This document shows positions 12,931 to 26,699 of a stretch of 64,000 nt of DNA, in pieces. Source of the DNA: Macrostomum lignano (Eukaryota); assembly GCA_002269645.1 (NCBI GenBank), contig NIVC01002236.1, positions 124,001-188,000 on the forward strand, in the 5' to 3' direction. A model generated the notes under the pieces. It saw only the letters and a program-made list of their open reading frames with translations. It was not told where the DNA came from and did not search any database. The position numbers and the translations under genes were made by a program. Every line of letters begins with the position of its first letter. The stretch's first letter is position 1.

Positions 12931-13489
12931 ATTAGAATCGGTAGACAACTAGTAAACTGAGTATTTAAAAGTACTTTTTGCACTGAATAGAATGCAAAAG
13001 TTGTCACTTACGAGGCTTCAGTGTGCGATGATTTTCAAAAACTTTGAGGACAAACAAAGGCTGCCTTGAAGTGTGCTGCGATCTCTACTGTACTCGAGAT
13101 ACAGTCCTTAGGAATCTCCCAAGCTCGAGCCTTCTCAAATATATTAGCTTACTGTGCAGTCAGCGTCTTGTGAGTTCATCCGCGAATAGGAAGAAGTCCA
13201 ACTGTAAGCGGAGAGGGAGTGAAGGGAGGGAGAGCCTGGGATCCCGAGCCTTTATCCCTCCGTTTCCTCGCCACTGCCGGTTCGTGAAAGATTTTTTCGT
13301 TGATAGGGAAACTTGCACAAAAATAGGAAATTGAGTTGCGTGTCAAGGATTTATCGGCATTATAATCCTATTATAACTGGCTGGGGGATGCGAGCGTTTC
13401 TGGGGAGATAAATGAGTATTTAATGCATATCTAAAGTACATTCTGAAAGAAAAAACTTGTCATAACGAGTGGAATCCAGTTTTAGCATC

Positions 13490-14580
13490 ACTAATCCAGT
13501 TTCGGTGTCACTAATCCCATTGTGGTGTCTCTAATCACGTTTCGGCGTCACTAATCCCATTGTGGTGTCAATAATTCCATTGTGGTGTCACTAATCCCGT
13601 TTAGGTGTCACTAATCCCATTGTGGAGTCACTAATCCCGTTTAGGTGTCACTAATCCCATTGTGGTGTCAATAATTCCATTGTGGTGTCACTAATCCCGT
13701 TTAGGTGTCACTAATCCCATTGTGGAGTCACTAATCCCGTTTAGGTGTCACTAATCCCATTGTGGTGTCACTAATCACGTTTCGGCGTCACTAATCCCAT
13801 TGTGGTGTCAATAATTCCATTGTGGTGTCACTAATCCCATTTTGGTGTCACTAATCCCATTGTGGTTTCACTAATACCATTGTGGTGTCACTAATCCCAT
13901 TTTGGTGTCACTAATCCCATTGTGGTTTCACTAATACCATTGTGGTGTCACTAATCCCATTTTGGTGTCACTAATCCCATTTTGGTTTCACTAATACCAT
14001 TTAGGTGTCACTAATCCCATTTTGGTGTCACTAATCCCATTTTGGTTTCACTAATACCATTGTGGTGTCACTAATCCCATTTTGGTGTCACTAATCCCAT
14101 TGTGGTGTCACTAATCCCATTGTGGTGTCACTAATCCCATTGTGGTGTCACTAATCCCATTTTGGTGTCACTAATCCCATTTTGGTTTCACTAATACCAT
14201 TGTGGTGTCACTAATCCCATTTTGGTGTCACTAATCCCATTGTGGTGTCACTAATCCAATTGTGGTGTCACTAATCCCATTGTGGTGTCACTAATCCCAT
14301 TGTGGTGTCACTAATCCCATTGTGGTGTCACTAATCCCATTGTGGTGTCACCAATCCCGTTTAGGTGTCACTAATCCCATTGTGGTGTCACTAGTCCCGT
14401 TTAGGTGTCAATAATCCCATTGTGGTGTCACTAGTCCCGTTTAGGTGTCAATAATCCCATTGTGGTGTCACTAGTCCCGTTTAGGTGTCAATAATCCCAT
14501 TGTGGTGTCACTAATCCCATTTTGGTATCATTAATCCCATTGTGGTGTCACTAATCCCATTTGGCGTCACTAATTCAGTT
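13490..14580. repeat. 20-bp minisatellite (gtcactaatcccattgtggt)
   Basis: Direct reading. Confidence 0.95.
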
Positions 14581-15169
14581 TTAGTATCACTTTCTGTTGT
14601 CACTAATTCATTTATGATACCACTAATCCCTTTCAGCACAAACAAATCTAGTTTTTGTGCCAATAATCAACCTTTTACGTCATTGATGTGCGTTATTAAG
14701 AGTTTCATTGTGCCAAAACATTACTTAAGAGTTTCGCATTATTTCATAATATGCAACACCTGTTGCGCAAAAGTACAACTGCAGAGATCCATTGGACCAT
14801 GTTAACCTTTGCAATGACAATCGGACCACTTCTGCATTGTACAAAAACTATTAAAAACTTAGACGATTTGGTCCAATGGAATTTTACCCTGGGAACTTGA
14901 CAGCGGCAAGTTCAAAGGAAAACTATTGAGATAATTGGCTCTCCACAATGAACGCGGCTCGTTGCAATCATAATTTGATAGTGGACATGGCCTCACATTT
15001 TCATTTAAAAATTTCTACTGTATTTTTAGGACAGATTGCACTCAGGTGGTTGCTGATGGACTGGGCGCTTTCCTTGTGTTAAACTCTTAGTCAGGATGGC
15101 AGAATTCTTACCACATAACTCAGTCACTCACCCAGCCTTTCACTCATTCACTACTCACTCGTGACCTCA

Positions 15170-17120
15170 TTCATAAACTCAACTCACTTATCAATTCACT
15201 CAGCAATTTACTCATCAATTCACTCACCAATTCACTCATCAATTCACTCATCAATTCACTCATCAATTCACTCATCAATTCAGTCATCAATTCCCTTGGC
15301 AATTCACTGACCAATTCACTCATAAATTCACTCACCAATTCACTCATCAATTCACTCATCAATTCCCTCGGCAATTCACTCACCAATTTACTCATCAATT
15401 CACTCATGAATTCAGTCATCAATTCACTCATTAATTCACTCACCAATTCACTCATTAATTCACTCATCAATTCACTCACCAATTCACTCATCAATTCACT
15501 CATCAATTCAGTCATCAATTCGCTCACCAATTCACTCATCAATTCACTCATTAATTCACTCACCAATTCACTCATTAATTCACTCATCAATTCACTCACC
15601 AATTCACTCATCAATTCACTTACCAATTCACTCATCAACTCACTCATCAATTCACTCATCAATTCACTCATCAATTCACTCATCAATTCCCTTGGCAATT
15701 CACTGACCAATTCACTCATCAATTCACTCACCAATTCACTCATCAATTCACTCATCAATTCCCTCGGCAATTCACTCACCAATTTACTCATCAATTCACT
15801 CATGAATTCAGTCATCAATTCACTCACAAATTCACTCATCAATTCACTCATTAATTCACTCACCAATTCACTCATCAATTCACTCATCAATTCCCTCGGC
15901 AATTCACTCACCAATTTACTCATCAATTCACTCATGAATTCAGTCATCAATTCACTCATTAATTCACTCACCAATTCACTCATTAATTCACTCATCAATT
16001 CACTCACCAATTCACTCATCAATTCACTCATCAATTCAGTCATCAATTCGCTCACCAATTCACTCATCAATTCACTCATTAATTCACTCACCAATTCACT
16101 CATTAATTCACTCATCAATTCACTCACCAATTCACTCATCAATTCACTTACCAATTCACTCATCAACTCACTCATCAATTCACTCATCAATTCACTCATC
16201 AATTCACTCATCAATTCCCTTGGCAATTCACTGACCAATTCACTCATCAATTCACTCACCAATTCACTCATCAATTCACTCATCAATTCCCTCGGCAATT
16301 CACTCACCAATTTACTCATCAATTCACTCATGAATTCAGTCATCAATTCACTCACAAATTCACTCATCAATTCACTCATTAATTCACTCACCAATTCACT
16401 CATTAATTCACTCATCAATTCACTCACCAATTTACTCATCAATTCATTCATGAATTCAGTCATCAATTCACTCACCAATTCACTCATTAATTCACTCATT
16501 AATTCACTCATTAATTCACTCACCAATTCACTCATTAATTCACTCATCAATTCACTCACCAATTCACTCATCAATTCACTTACCAATTCACTCATCAACT
16601 CACTCACCAATTCACTCACAGATTTACTCACCAATTCACTCATCAGTTCACTCATCAATTCCCTCGGCAATTCACTCACCAATTTACTCATCAATTCACT
16701 CATGAATTCAGTCATCAATTCACTCACAAATTCACTCATCAATTCACTCATTAATTCACTCATCAATTCACTCACCAGTTTACTCATCAATTCACTCATG
16801 AATTCAGTCATCAATTCACTCACCAATTCACTCATCAATTCACTCAATTAATTCACTCACCAATTCACTCATTAATTCACTCATCAATTTACTCACCAAT
16901 TTACTCATCAATTCACTCATGAATTCAGTCATCAATTCACTCACCAATTCACTCATTAATTCACTCAATAATTCACTCACCAATTCACTCAATAATTCAT
17001 TCATCAATTCACTCACCAATTCACTCATCAATTCACTTACCAATTCACTCATCAACTCACTCACCAATTCACTCACAGATTTACTCACTGATTTACTCAT
17101 CAATTCACTCATCAATTCAC
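15170..17120. repeat. 12-bp minisatellite (aattcactcatc) with higher-order periodicity
   Basis: Direct reading; variant units recur at 396- and 528-bp spacing. Confidence 0.97.
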
Positions 17121-17426
17121 TTATTTTCGTTCATAAACTCATTATTCATACTTGTGAAAATTAATAACCTAAAATTTGATTCTTCTACGCAAGTTTTTCA
17201 TCTGTGATACTAGTAAGCTACTGACCAAGAATTAGATGCGAGTAGCATCATAGAATATTGCCGTCTAAAAATGAAAAAAGCAGACAACAGTAGGTAAAAT
17301 CTCTTTTTATTTTGCTTTTCTGCTATTAGTAGTATATTTCCACAACAATTTCGTTAAGTGTCCTTAAAAGTTCAGCACCGAAAATCTTGAACTCGGAATC
17401 AAGTTGTGAGTAACAGATCCAGCTTC

Positions 17427-17726
17427 TCAAACTGGAATCTTGTTCTCAGACCACGGGTGCATCTCGATGTGTCCGTCCTCTGCCTCGACCAGACTCATCG
17501 GGTTTGTGTCCGGCATCATCTCGATGTGTCCGTCAATTTGCAGCAGCTTATCCAGGGTGTCCGGATCGATGTCCCAGTCTTCGTCAATCTCGTCCAGCTG
17601 GTAGTGCACTTTCTCGCCGTCAACCACGGACTCGACGAAATCTCCGGAATGGACACCCTGGCGGGGGTTGGCGGCTGCGGCAACAGCCACCAGCAGAGCG
17701 AATAGCAGAGCACAGAATTTGGCCAT
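17427..17726 (-). CDS. Orphan secreted acidic protein, 99 aa (MAKFCALLFALLVAVAAAANP...), two DGHIEMxP repeats
   Basis: Clear signal peptide and GC-rich host-type codon use. Splice acceptor ttccag 14 nt upstream of the ATG; AATAAA (minus strand) at 17306-17311. Confidence 0.7.
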   Translation of the reverse strand: MAKFCALLFALLVAVAAAANPRQGVHSGDFVESVVDGEKVHYQLDEIDEDWDIDPDTLDKLLQIDGHIEMMPDTNPMSLVEAEDGHIEMHPWSENKIPV

Positions 17727-17784
17727 TTTCTTGCTGTCTTCTGGAAGCAGGAATTGGAAATGTTGTTTCAATTGTAAGGTCACT

Positions 17785-18200
17785 CTATGAGACCGAGTGA
17801 GGTCTCTCTATGAGACTGAGTGAGGTCACTCTATAAGACTGAGTGAGGTCACTCTATGAGACTGAGTGAGGTCACTCTATGAGACTGAGTGAGGTCACTC
17901 AATGAGACTGAGTGAGGTCACTCTATGACATTGAGTGAGATCACTCTATAAGACTGAGTGAGGTCACTCTATGAGACTGAATGAGGTCACTCTATGAGAC
18001 TAAATGAGGTCACTCTATGAGAATAAGTATGGGCACTCTATGAGACTTAGTGAGATCAATCTATGGAACTTAATGAGGTCACTCTATGAGACTGAGTGAG
18101 GTCACTCTTTAAGACTAAGTGAGGTCACTCTGAGACTAAGTGAGTTCACTCTATCAGACTGAGTGAGGTCACTCTATCAGACTGAGTGAGGTCACTCCAA
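17785..18200. repeat. 23-bp minisatellite (gtgaggtcactctatgagactga)
   Basis: Direct reading. Confidence 0.93.
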
Positions 18201-18794
18201 TTAAGAAAATTACCCAAATACTAACAAACAGGGGCAATAGTTGCAGAAGTTAATGACTTACCAATCAGTTTATTTCTATCGTGTTAACCTTCCAGTCAGG
18301 CAATGAATTTCAAAGCTTGGTTTTTAAGTCTCTCTTTAATAGCTAGTCGAAATTATGTGACCCATTATATCTGAGTAATTGGAACTGGGACCCTTGAGTC
18401 CTTATCAGCCTCGAGCAACCGCGGTGTTCTCTCATGGCCCAGAACTGCCTGACCGAGACAATAAAAAACAATTACGTGTACTAACTGCTACTGAGCAGGG
18501 CTTTTGTTTTAGCCGTGTGAATTTCAACATCATGCGAAATCCACAATAATTGCTTTTTCCTCTCTATTGGATATTTTGTCTTCGGGTGACGGGGGAATGC
18601 GACACCTGGCATTGGAAAGAATGGCGCCATTCTTCTGATGGTGTCAAATGCCGCCTGATAATGCCGGGTCATAAACGCTTAATTGAGGATAAATTGAGCG
18701 GCTTTTCCGGCTCCTCAAACTTGGCTTCAAGCGAGAACTTTCAGGGGCAATCGGATCCATACTGTTTCAAGTCCAGTCGATATTCGAGTTTGAG

Positions 18795-20851
18795 ATGAAA
18801 CTTCTGAGCATTCTGGCGCTCCTGGCGCTGGCGACCGCCGCTCTCGGCGCCCGCCTGCCCGAGACCTCGGCCGTGGCGCGGACGTTCTCCGACGATGAGA
18901 ACGAGTCGCTGAACCAGTACATCAAGGCTCTGCTGGAGAACCTCAAGGAGGAGATGCCGAACGGCATTCCAGACCTCAACATCCCGCCGCTGGAGCCGCT
19001 GCACCTGCCGGAGATCTACGCCGACATTGAGGAGGGCATGGCCAAGGTGCGCCTGCACATGCTGGACCTGCTGATCGAGGGCCTGTCTGGATTTGTTGTC
19101 CGCGAGGTCAAAGGCGACCTGAACACCATGAGCTTCTCCTTGGACCTGTTCCTGCCCGAGATCACCGGCCAGAGCTACTACGATATGGATGTGAGTTGGC
19201 TAGCGCGCTCTGCAGCTACTGCTAGTAGCTTAGTAGCGAATGTTGGAACTGTTTTTAAACGCGACCACGATTCCACCCTGCTGTGAGCTTGTAGTTTCCT
19301 GACTCATTGCTCTGAGGCATATAATGAGTTTATAAGGTCCGTAATAACCTGAGGGTGTTCGTTAGTTACTTACTGACTCAGCTCCTGACTCAGCTCCTGA
19401 CTCAGCTCCTGACTCAGCTCCTGACTCAGCTCCTGACTCAGCTCCTGACTCAGCTCCTGACTCAGCTCCTGACTCAGCTCCTGACTCAGCTCCTGACTCA
19501 GCTCCTGACTCAGCTCCTGAGTAAGTTAATGAGTAAGTTCCTGAGAAAGTTAATGAGTAAGTTCCTGAGAAAGTTAATGAGTAAGTTCTTGAGTAAGTTA
19601 ATGAGTAAGTTCCTGAGAAAGTTAATGAGTAAGTTCCTGAGAAAGTTAATGAGTAAGTTAATGAGTAAGGTAATGAGTAAGGTAATGAGTAAGTTAATGA
19701 GTAAGTTCCTGAGTAAGTTAATGAGTAAGTTAATGAGTAAGTTAATGAGTAAGGTAATGAGTAAGTTAATGAGTAAGCTCCTGAGGGACTTCATGAGTGA
19801 GTTTATGCGCAGCTCTAAACGCCTATTTAAAAACATTTTCTGACCTCAACGCATCGCGGATTTCCAGGGCAAGGTGCTCATCTTCCCGCTGTACGGCCGC
19901 GGCATGGCCGGCCTGAAGGTGAACGATCTGCACTTCAAAGGCACCGCCCGCATCGTCATCAAGGATATGGAGAGCATCCAGCTGGATCACTTCAACATCC
20001 ACGTCGAGTTCTCGCAGATCCAAATCTACCTGGAGAACATCGTCGGCGGCGGTAACCTTGGCAACGTGGTGAACACCCTGCTGAACATGCTGGGCAAGCT
20101 GCTATACGACAAGTTCCGGGACCAGATCCTGCCTCCGCTGAACAACATCATCAAGAACGCGCTGAACGAGCAGCTGGCCAAGATCAAGCTGTCCGACCTC
20201 ATCGGAGGCATCGGCCGGGCGCCCCGCAGCCGCTTCAGCGTGTCCCCGGTCCAGGACTCCGTCAACACTTACGTCGACATGCTGATGGAGAACCTGCGCC
20301 CCTTCATGCGCGACAACGGCATGGACCCGCTGAGCCTGCCGAACCTGTCCACCAGCTTCTCCAAGAAGATCTGGTTCGTCACCTGGCGCGGAGGTGCCAG
20401 CATCAGCCAGGGTCAGCTGCGCAGCCTCTCCAGCATCCACCGCACCGGCAACTTCGGCTTGGACCAGTCGGGCAACCGCCTCACCATTGACGGCTCCGTG
20501 GGAGTGAACCAGCTGTGGGGCAGCTTCAGGGCCCTTGCCTGGTTCATGTCCATCCGCATCTCTGCCGGCATCCAGCTGACCGTCCAGCGGATTCGAGTTC
20601 GCGCCCGCCTGCACGCCGACGTCAGCGACCTGAAGGCGGTGCTGGACCTCTTCAAAATCTCCGAGATCTCCAACATCGGCGTGAAGGTCAGCGGCCTGGG
20701 CCCTCTGAACTGGATTCTGGGCCCCATCGCCACTCTGGTTGTCAACGGAGTTCGCGGCAAAATTGCCCAGGCCATTGAGAGCCCGGTGAAGGCGAAGGTT
20801 AACGAGTTGCTGCAGAACCTGCAGATGCCCAACTTCAGCCAGATGCACTGA
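18795..20851 (+). CDS. Secreted tandem TULIP lipid-binding protein: takeout/JHBP-like domain + group-7 allergen (Der p 7)-like domain; exons 18795-19190, 19868-20851 (~459 aa)
   Basis: Signal peptide. NGIPDLNIPPLEPLHL and the spliced YDMD/GKVLIFPLYGRG are takeout/JHBP hallmarks; NTYVD..N......GMDPLSLPN..G.LRSLSSIHRTGN resembles the group-7 allergen domain. Donor gtgagt at 19191, acceptor ttccag at 19867, AATAAA at 20931. Confidence 0.82.
19370..19800. repeat. Compound 12-bp intronic repeat (cagctcctgact)n then (gagtaagttaat)n
   Basis: Direct reading. Confidence 0.93.
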
Positions 20852-21380
20852 GCGAGTTCGAGTTGAGAGAGACACAAGCAGGATATTAACTAACTGTGTG
20901 CTTCTGTGCACTTTTGAGTTTGAATTATGAAATAAACAAATTATAAGCTATGCTCATGTTGTTACATTATTGATTGTTTATCAAGGGCAAAGTAAAGCTA
21001 AGAAGTTTTGTTGTGGCGTTAGCCGCAAAGCAAAATTACTCCCAATACTCAGGCAGTGACTCCAGACGCAGCAGGGGTGGGTCGAAATCCTGGGATTGTA
21101 GGAAAGTTCCGTTTTAAATTAAACTGAATATCGTACTTAGCATCCTCACAGATATTTGTTAGATTTCACTTGCACTGTCTAGACTTGATATCACATTGCC
21201 AACATAATTCCACAACCTATATCTCCCAATGGGAGTTCAGCTCCCAATTCCCATACCCTTCGCATTCCATGCATCTCCCTGCATTTCCCTACATCTTCTT
21301 CAACTAATTCCTCCAAGAATCTCCCTGATCCCCCTTCGTCCACGCATCTCCATACATCCATGCCTATCCCCATCCCTCTT

Positions 21381-22215
21381 TGAGTGAGAGATTCGAATAC
21401 CTGTCTCTGAGAAGTCAAGCCAATTCATGCCATTTTGCAGCCCTGACCCCCCGATAACGTTGCTGACCCAAAGGCTGCTTAAGCCAATTGTCACGCAAGC
21501 CCAGTTACTGAGGTCAAGTTTGACTTTCATCGCAGGTTGTGAAGCTGTCTGCTGAACAGCCTGAGTACCGATTGCTGCCCAGTAATTAGCAGTAAATTTC
21601 TGCAGCGCAGCCTTGGCAACCGGAGAATCGCAATGTTTAACTTTCTAACTACTGACAAATTGGAGTAGTATGCGATAACCGGCCACTGATTTGTTTATTT
21701 TTACACACACGTCCGAACTTCTGAAATATAATAATAGAACTAATTAGGCGAAAATGCCTGAGGTAAAATGGTCTCGTATTCACTGCAGACTGAACCCGTT
21801 GTGAGGCCTTCCGGTTAGTTTGTTGGTGTTGGTTACATGTGACTGCGGCTGGCTGCTTGTGGAGTTCAATGGTTTACAGATTTGAAGGGCCTGGTGGGGA
21901 GATGCGTGAGATAGAGGGTAGGAGATGTGGGACAGAGGGTGGGAGATGTGGGATAGAGGGTGGGAGATGTGGGATAGAGGGTGGGAGATGTGGGATAGAG
22001 GGTGGGAGATGTGGGATAGAGGGTGGGAGATGTGGGATAGAGGGTGGGAGATGTGGGACAGAGGGTGGGAGATGTGAGATCGAGGGTGGAAGATGTGGGA
22101 TAGAGGGTGGGAGATGTGGGATCGAGGGTGGGAGATGTGGGATAGAGGGTGGGAGATGTGGGATCGAGGGGCGAGATGTGGGATCGAGGGTTGGAGATCT
22201 GAGTTAGAGGGTGTA
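21381..22215 (+). repeat. Left arm of a long inverted repeat (dispersed element + GGGAGATGTGGGATAGAG minisatellite)
   Basis: Reverse complement aligns by eye to 25170-25946. Partial direct copies at ~31682-31900 and ~35780-36020. Confidence 0.85.
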
Positions 22216-22676
22216 AAATTATTATACAATACAACACAGTACAATTTAATACAAGTCATATAAGAAACGTTTTAATGTATTTTAATGCGGTTATCAGAAT
22301 TAAACCAAATGTAAAATGTAAAAACATTGCTCACTTTTAACCACCAATCTGCGAGATCGACTCTCTGTACCTTTCCCTCCTGTTAATTCCCTTCTGCAAG
22401 CAGCAGTTGCTGCTTATTCCCTCAGACTTTACCTGCTATTCCATCCGGTACAGAGTTGGCACCATTCAGCGGGGGTCCGGGGGTCACCCGGCCGTCGCGC
22501 CGACCCCCCGCAGCGCTCGCAGCCACCGCAGCCGCGCCCGCCTCGTGCCGCTGCCGCCCCCGCTGTGCCGCAGTTTTCCCAGGCTGAAAACCCGAGCGTC
22601 CCTGCAGCTGGGGGATTTGCGGCTCTCCGCAGCTCAACTGTCTATGGCCGGCCTCCCGCTGCGGCTGGGGACTCTC

Positions 22677-22765
22677 ATTGGCTCTGAGCTGCCAGCCAAT
22701 AGCAGCGAAGCTGCCCTCACTCAGCCTGAGGCGGCTGGGTTGGCGACCTGGGAGACACCATAAAA
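22677..22765 (+). promoter_or_regulatory. Putative promoter of TZF copy A: ATTGG (22677) and CCAAT (22696) box pair plus TATA-like CATAAAA (22759), downstream of a CpG-rich patch
   Basis: The CCAAT pair is conserved at equivalent positions in copy B (32619, 32638) and copy C (38034, 38015); the TATA-like motif reads CTTAAAA in B and C. Confidence 0.55.
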
Positions 22766-22893
22766 CTGTGGCTCACCAGAAATGTTGGTTCTTCATTGTT
22801 GCTGAGCACGGAGTCCGCCGGTCCGGGCTTCTGATAAAGACTCTCAACTCTTCACCTGCCGTGTGCTTGATTTAGCAATTTTTCACTCTGGAA

Positions 22894-24242
<1,349 letters not shown>

Positions 24243-24704
24243 ATAATCGCTAAATGCCCTATGCGCTTCGATTGCTACTCACAACAGTAGTGTTTTGATA
24301 TCAGCTGCGATTGACTGATCTTCAATGATTCTGTAAATATGCTTTCCTACCCGTTTCGGCGATTTGCTTACCGTAGTATTTTGTTGAGGTTTTAATTATA
24401 ATATTGCTTTTTTATAATATTGCTCTCAACTTGCTGCTCTAATATCCACGTGTTTAATATTTTTTACAATGATTTGCTTGACGATTGTAATATTTAACTG
24501 TATCTGCACCTGCATGCGCTGTTCTGTGTGTGTGGTGTCACTTTATTATTAAAGGATGCAACTTCTGATTAAATATAAGGTGCTTTCGTGTGTTTCATTT
24601 CTTTATTATGACCAAAATTCAATTTGATTGGCTGGCTTTTGTTGATTTTGTTATAATTATTGTTATACTGACATTTTCAAAAGTGGCTACGGCAATCGGA
24701 GAGA

Positions 24705-25130
24705 ACTCCCTGCATCTCTCTGCATCTCCCTGCATCTCCCTGTATCTCCCTGCATCTCCCTGCATCTCCCTGCATCTCCCTGCATCTCCCTGCATCTCCC
24801 TGCATCTCCCTGCATCTCCCTGCATCTCCTTGCATCTCCCCTGCATCTCCCTTCATCTCCCTGCATCTCCCTGCATCTCCCTGCATCTCCCTGCATCTCC
24901 CTCCATCTCCCTGCATCTCCCTCCATCTCCCTGCATCTCCCTTCATCTTCCTGCATCTCCCTGCATATTATGGATCTTTTCTGAATCTTCCTGCACCTCC
25001 CTATCTCTCTTGCATTTCCCTACATCTAATAAATCTCCCTGAATATTTTTGCTTCTCATGCATCTAATTCATCTCCCTGCATCTCCCTGTATCTCCCTGC
25101 ATCTTCTAACATCTCATGCATCTCCGTAAA
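24705..25130. repeat. (ccctgcatct)n 10-bp minisatellite
   Basis: Direct reading; the same family recurs at 34270-35640, 36120-36590 and 50410-50990. Confidence 0.93.
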
Positions 25131-25169
25131 ATCCTATGAATCTTCCTGAATTCCACTGCGTCCCATGTA

Positions 25170-25946
25170 TGTCCTGCATTCCCACCCTCTATCCCACATC
25201 TCCCACCCTCTATCCCACATCTCCCACCCTCTATCCTACATCTCCCACCCTCTATCCCACATCTCCCACCCTCTATCCACGCATCTCCCCATCAGGCCCT
25301 TCAATACCATAAACCATTGAACTCCCCACCATAAACCATTGAATCCCCCACCATAAACCATTGAACTCCCCACCATAAACCATTGAACTCCCCACCATAA
25401 ACCATTGAACTCCCCACCATACGGTAAACCATTGAACTCCCCACCATAAACCATTGAACTCCCCACCATAAACCATTGAACTCCCCACCATAAACCATTG
25501 GACTCCACAAGCAGCCAGCCGCAGTCACATGTAACCAACACCAACAAACTAACTGGAAGGCCTCACAACGAGTTCAGTCTGCAGTGAATACGAGACCAGT
25601 TCACCTCAGGCATTGTCGCCTAATTAATTCTATTGTCATATTTCACAAGTTCGGACATGTGTGTGTAAAAATAAACAAATCAGTGGCCGTTTATCGCATA
25701 CTACTCAATATGTCAGTAGTTGGAAAGTTAAACATTGCGGTTCTCCGGTTGCCAAGGCTGCGCTGCAGAAATTAGCTGCTAATTACTGGGCAGCAATGGG
25801 TACCCAGGCTGAGTACTCAGGTACTCAGCTTCACAACCTGGTATGAAAGTCAACTGGAGCTCAGTAAGGCTGGTATCGTTAGCGAGGTAAGTGCTGCGTT
25901 GAGTTTGATTGACTGCTCATAAACAGGTATTCGATCTCGAGACTCA
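25170..25946 (-). repeat. Right arm of the long inverted repeat, with an internal 22-bp expansion (ccataaaccattgaactcccca)n at 25305-25500
   Basis: Reverse complement of 21381-22215. Confidence 0.85.
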
Positions 25947-26699
25947 TAACCTTTCGGTAGCCAAAATTATTGTCAGAGGCCAAACCTAAGCAAATATTAA
26001 GCCAGCAGGACATCGAAAGCGAAACACAGTAAAACTGCAGGTGTCAACTAATCAAAACATTGATGCCAACCGTGCCAGTCGTTTCGTCTGCTGGGAAATG
26101 GGGGCTGGGGATTTGGAGTGGGATGGGGAGATGCCCATCAGCAACTTCTTCGTGTATATTGTTAAAATGCTTTATAGCTGTAGGGATGTTGGTCTCTTCG
26201 AGAATGACGAACATGCCACCCACCCAATTATAGACCTATGCTACAGGGAATCCGTCATTTTTAAAATACAACTTTCACCCTTCAAGTTACAGTACTAGGG
26301 GGTGGGGAGGTTGCTGTTAATTCAAGCAGATTGAATGAGCAAAGAGTTAATTTATGGTCAACTTTCCCCTCCTTATGTGCATTGATTGTGACTAGTTTGC
26401 AATTGGCTTCAAAATATACTTGGAAACATTGAATATTGGTAATCACAGAAGATTCCGAAAGTGCAGGTGAAGTCTCTCAATGTTTGCGAGTGACGCAAAT
26501 AAGCTATACGCCGCGGCAGACTTGAGTTGAGGAATGAAGTGGGGGGATTGCGGTGTGCGAGGCCTGGACGGATTAAAGCTACTCCCATCAGTTTTCTCGC
26601 ATTTTCTATTTCAGAATAGTCCAGGAGAAATTGATCACTGGCGCACAGAGTGGCGACTTTTCAATGTTGCTGAGGATAGCTCGCATAAAGATCATGTAT

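Larger units (their letters stand above)
11208..13179 (-). pseudogene. Universal stress protein (USP/UspA-domain) gene with a single-base frameshift near 11512 (pseudogene or assembly error); exons 13179-13153 and 11641-11208
   Basis: The N-half RSVLIPMDGG..VFSWYLENVRHPNDSIMFVHV and the C-half VDEVVMSARG..GVGRVAEFLLKHVSVPVQLV are USP-fold motifs in different frames. A 27-nt first exon (MNSQDADCT, donor gtaagc) joins in phase to the acceptor ccgcag at 11642. Total 461 nt, one base short of a 153-aa ORF. Confidence 0.75.

Noticed and set aside
15171-16851. 558-aa 'MSELMSEL' and 481-aa 'NSLINSL' ORFs
   Set aside because: Stop-free frames of a 12-bp tandem repeat; no unique coding sequence.
20102-20911. 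269-aa antisense ORF over the TULIP gene (also similar antisense ORFs at 1472, 11139, 54581)
   Set aside because: Typical shadow ORFs of GC3-rich coding strands.
22407-22763. 118-aa ORF repeated at 32355 and 37952
   Set aside because: Overlaps the GC-rich promoter of the TZF genes; non-ATG start, an indel between copies and no recognisable domain.
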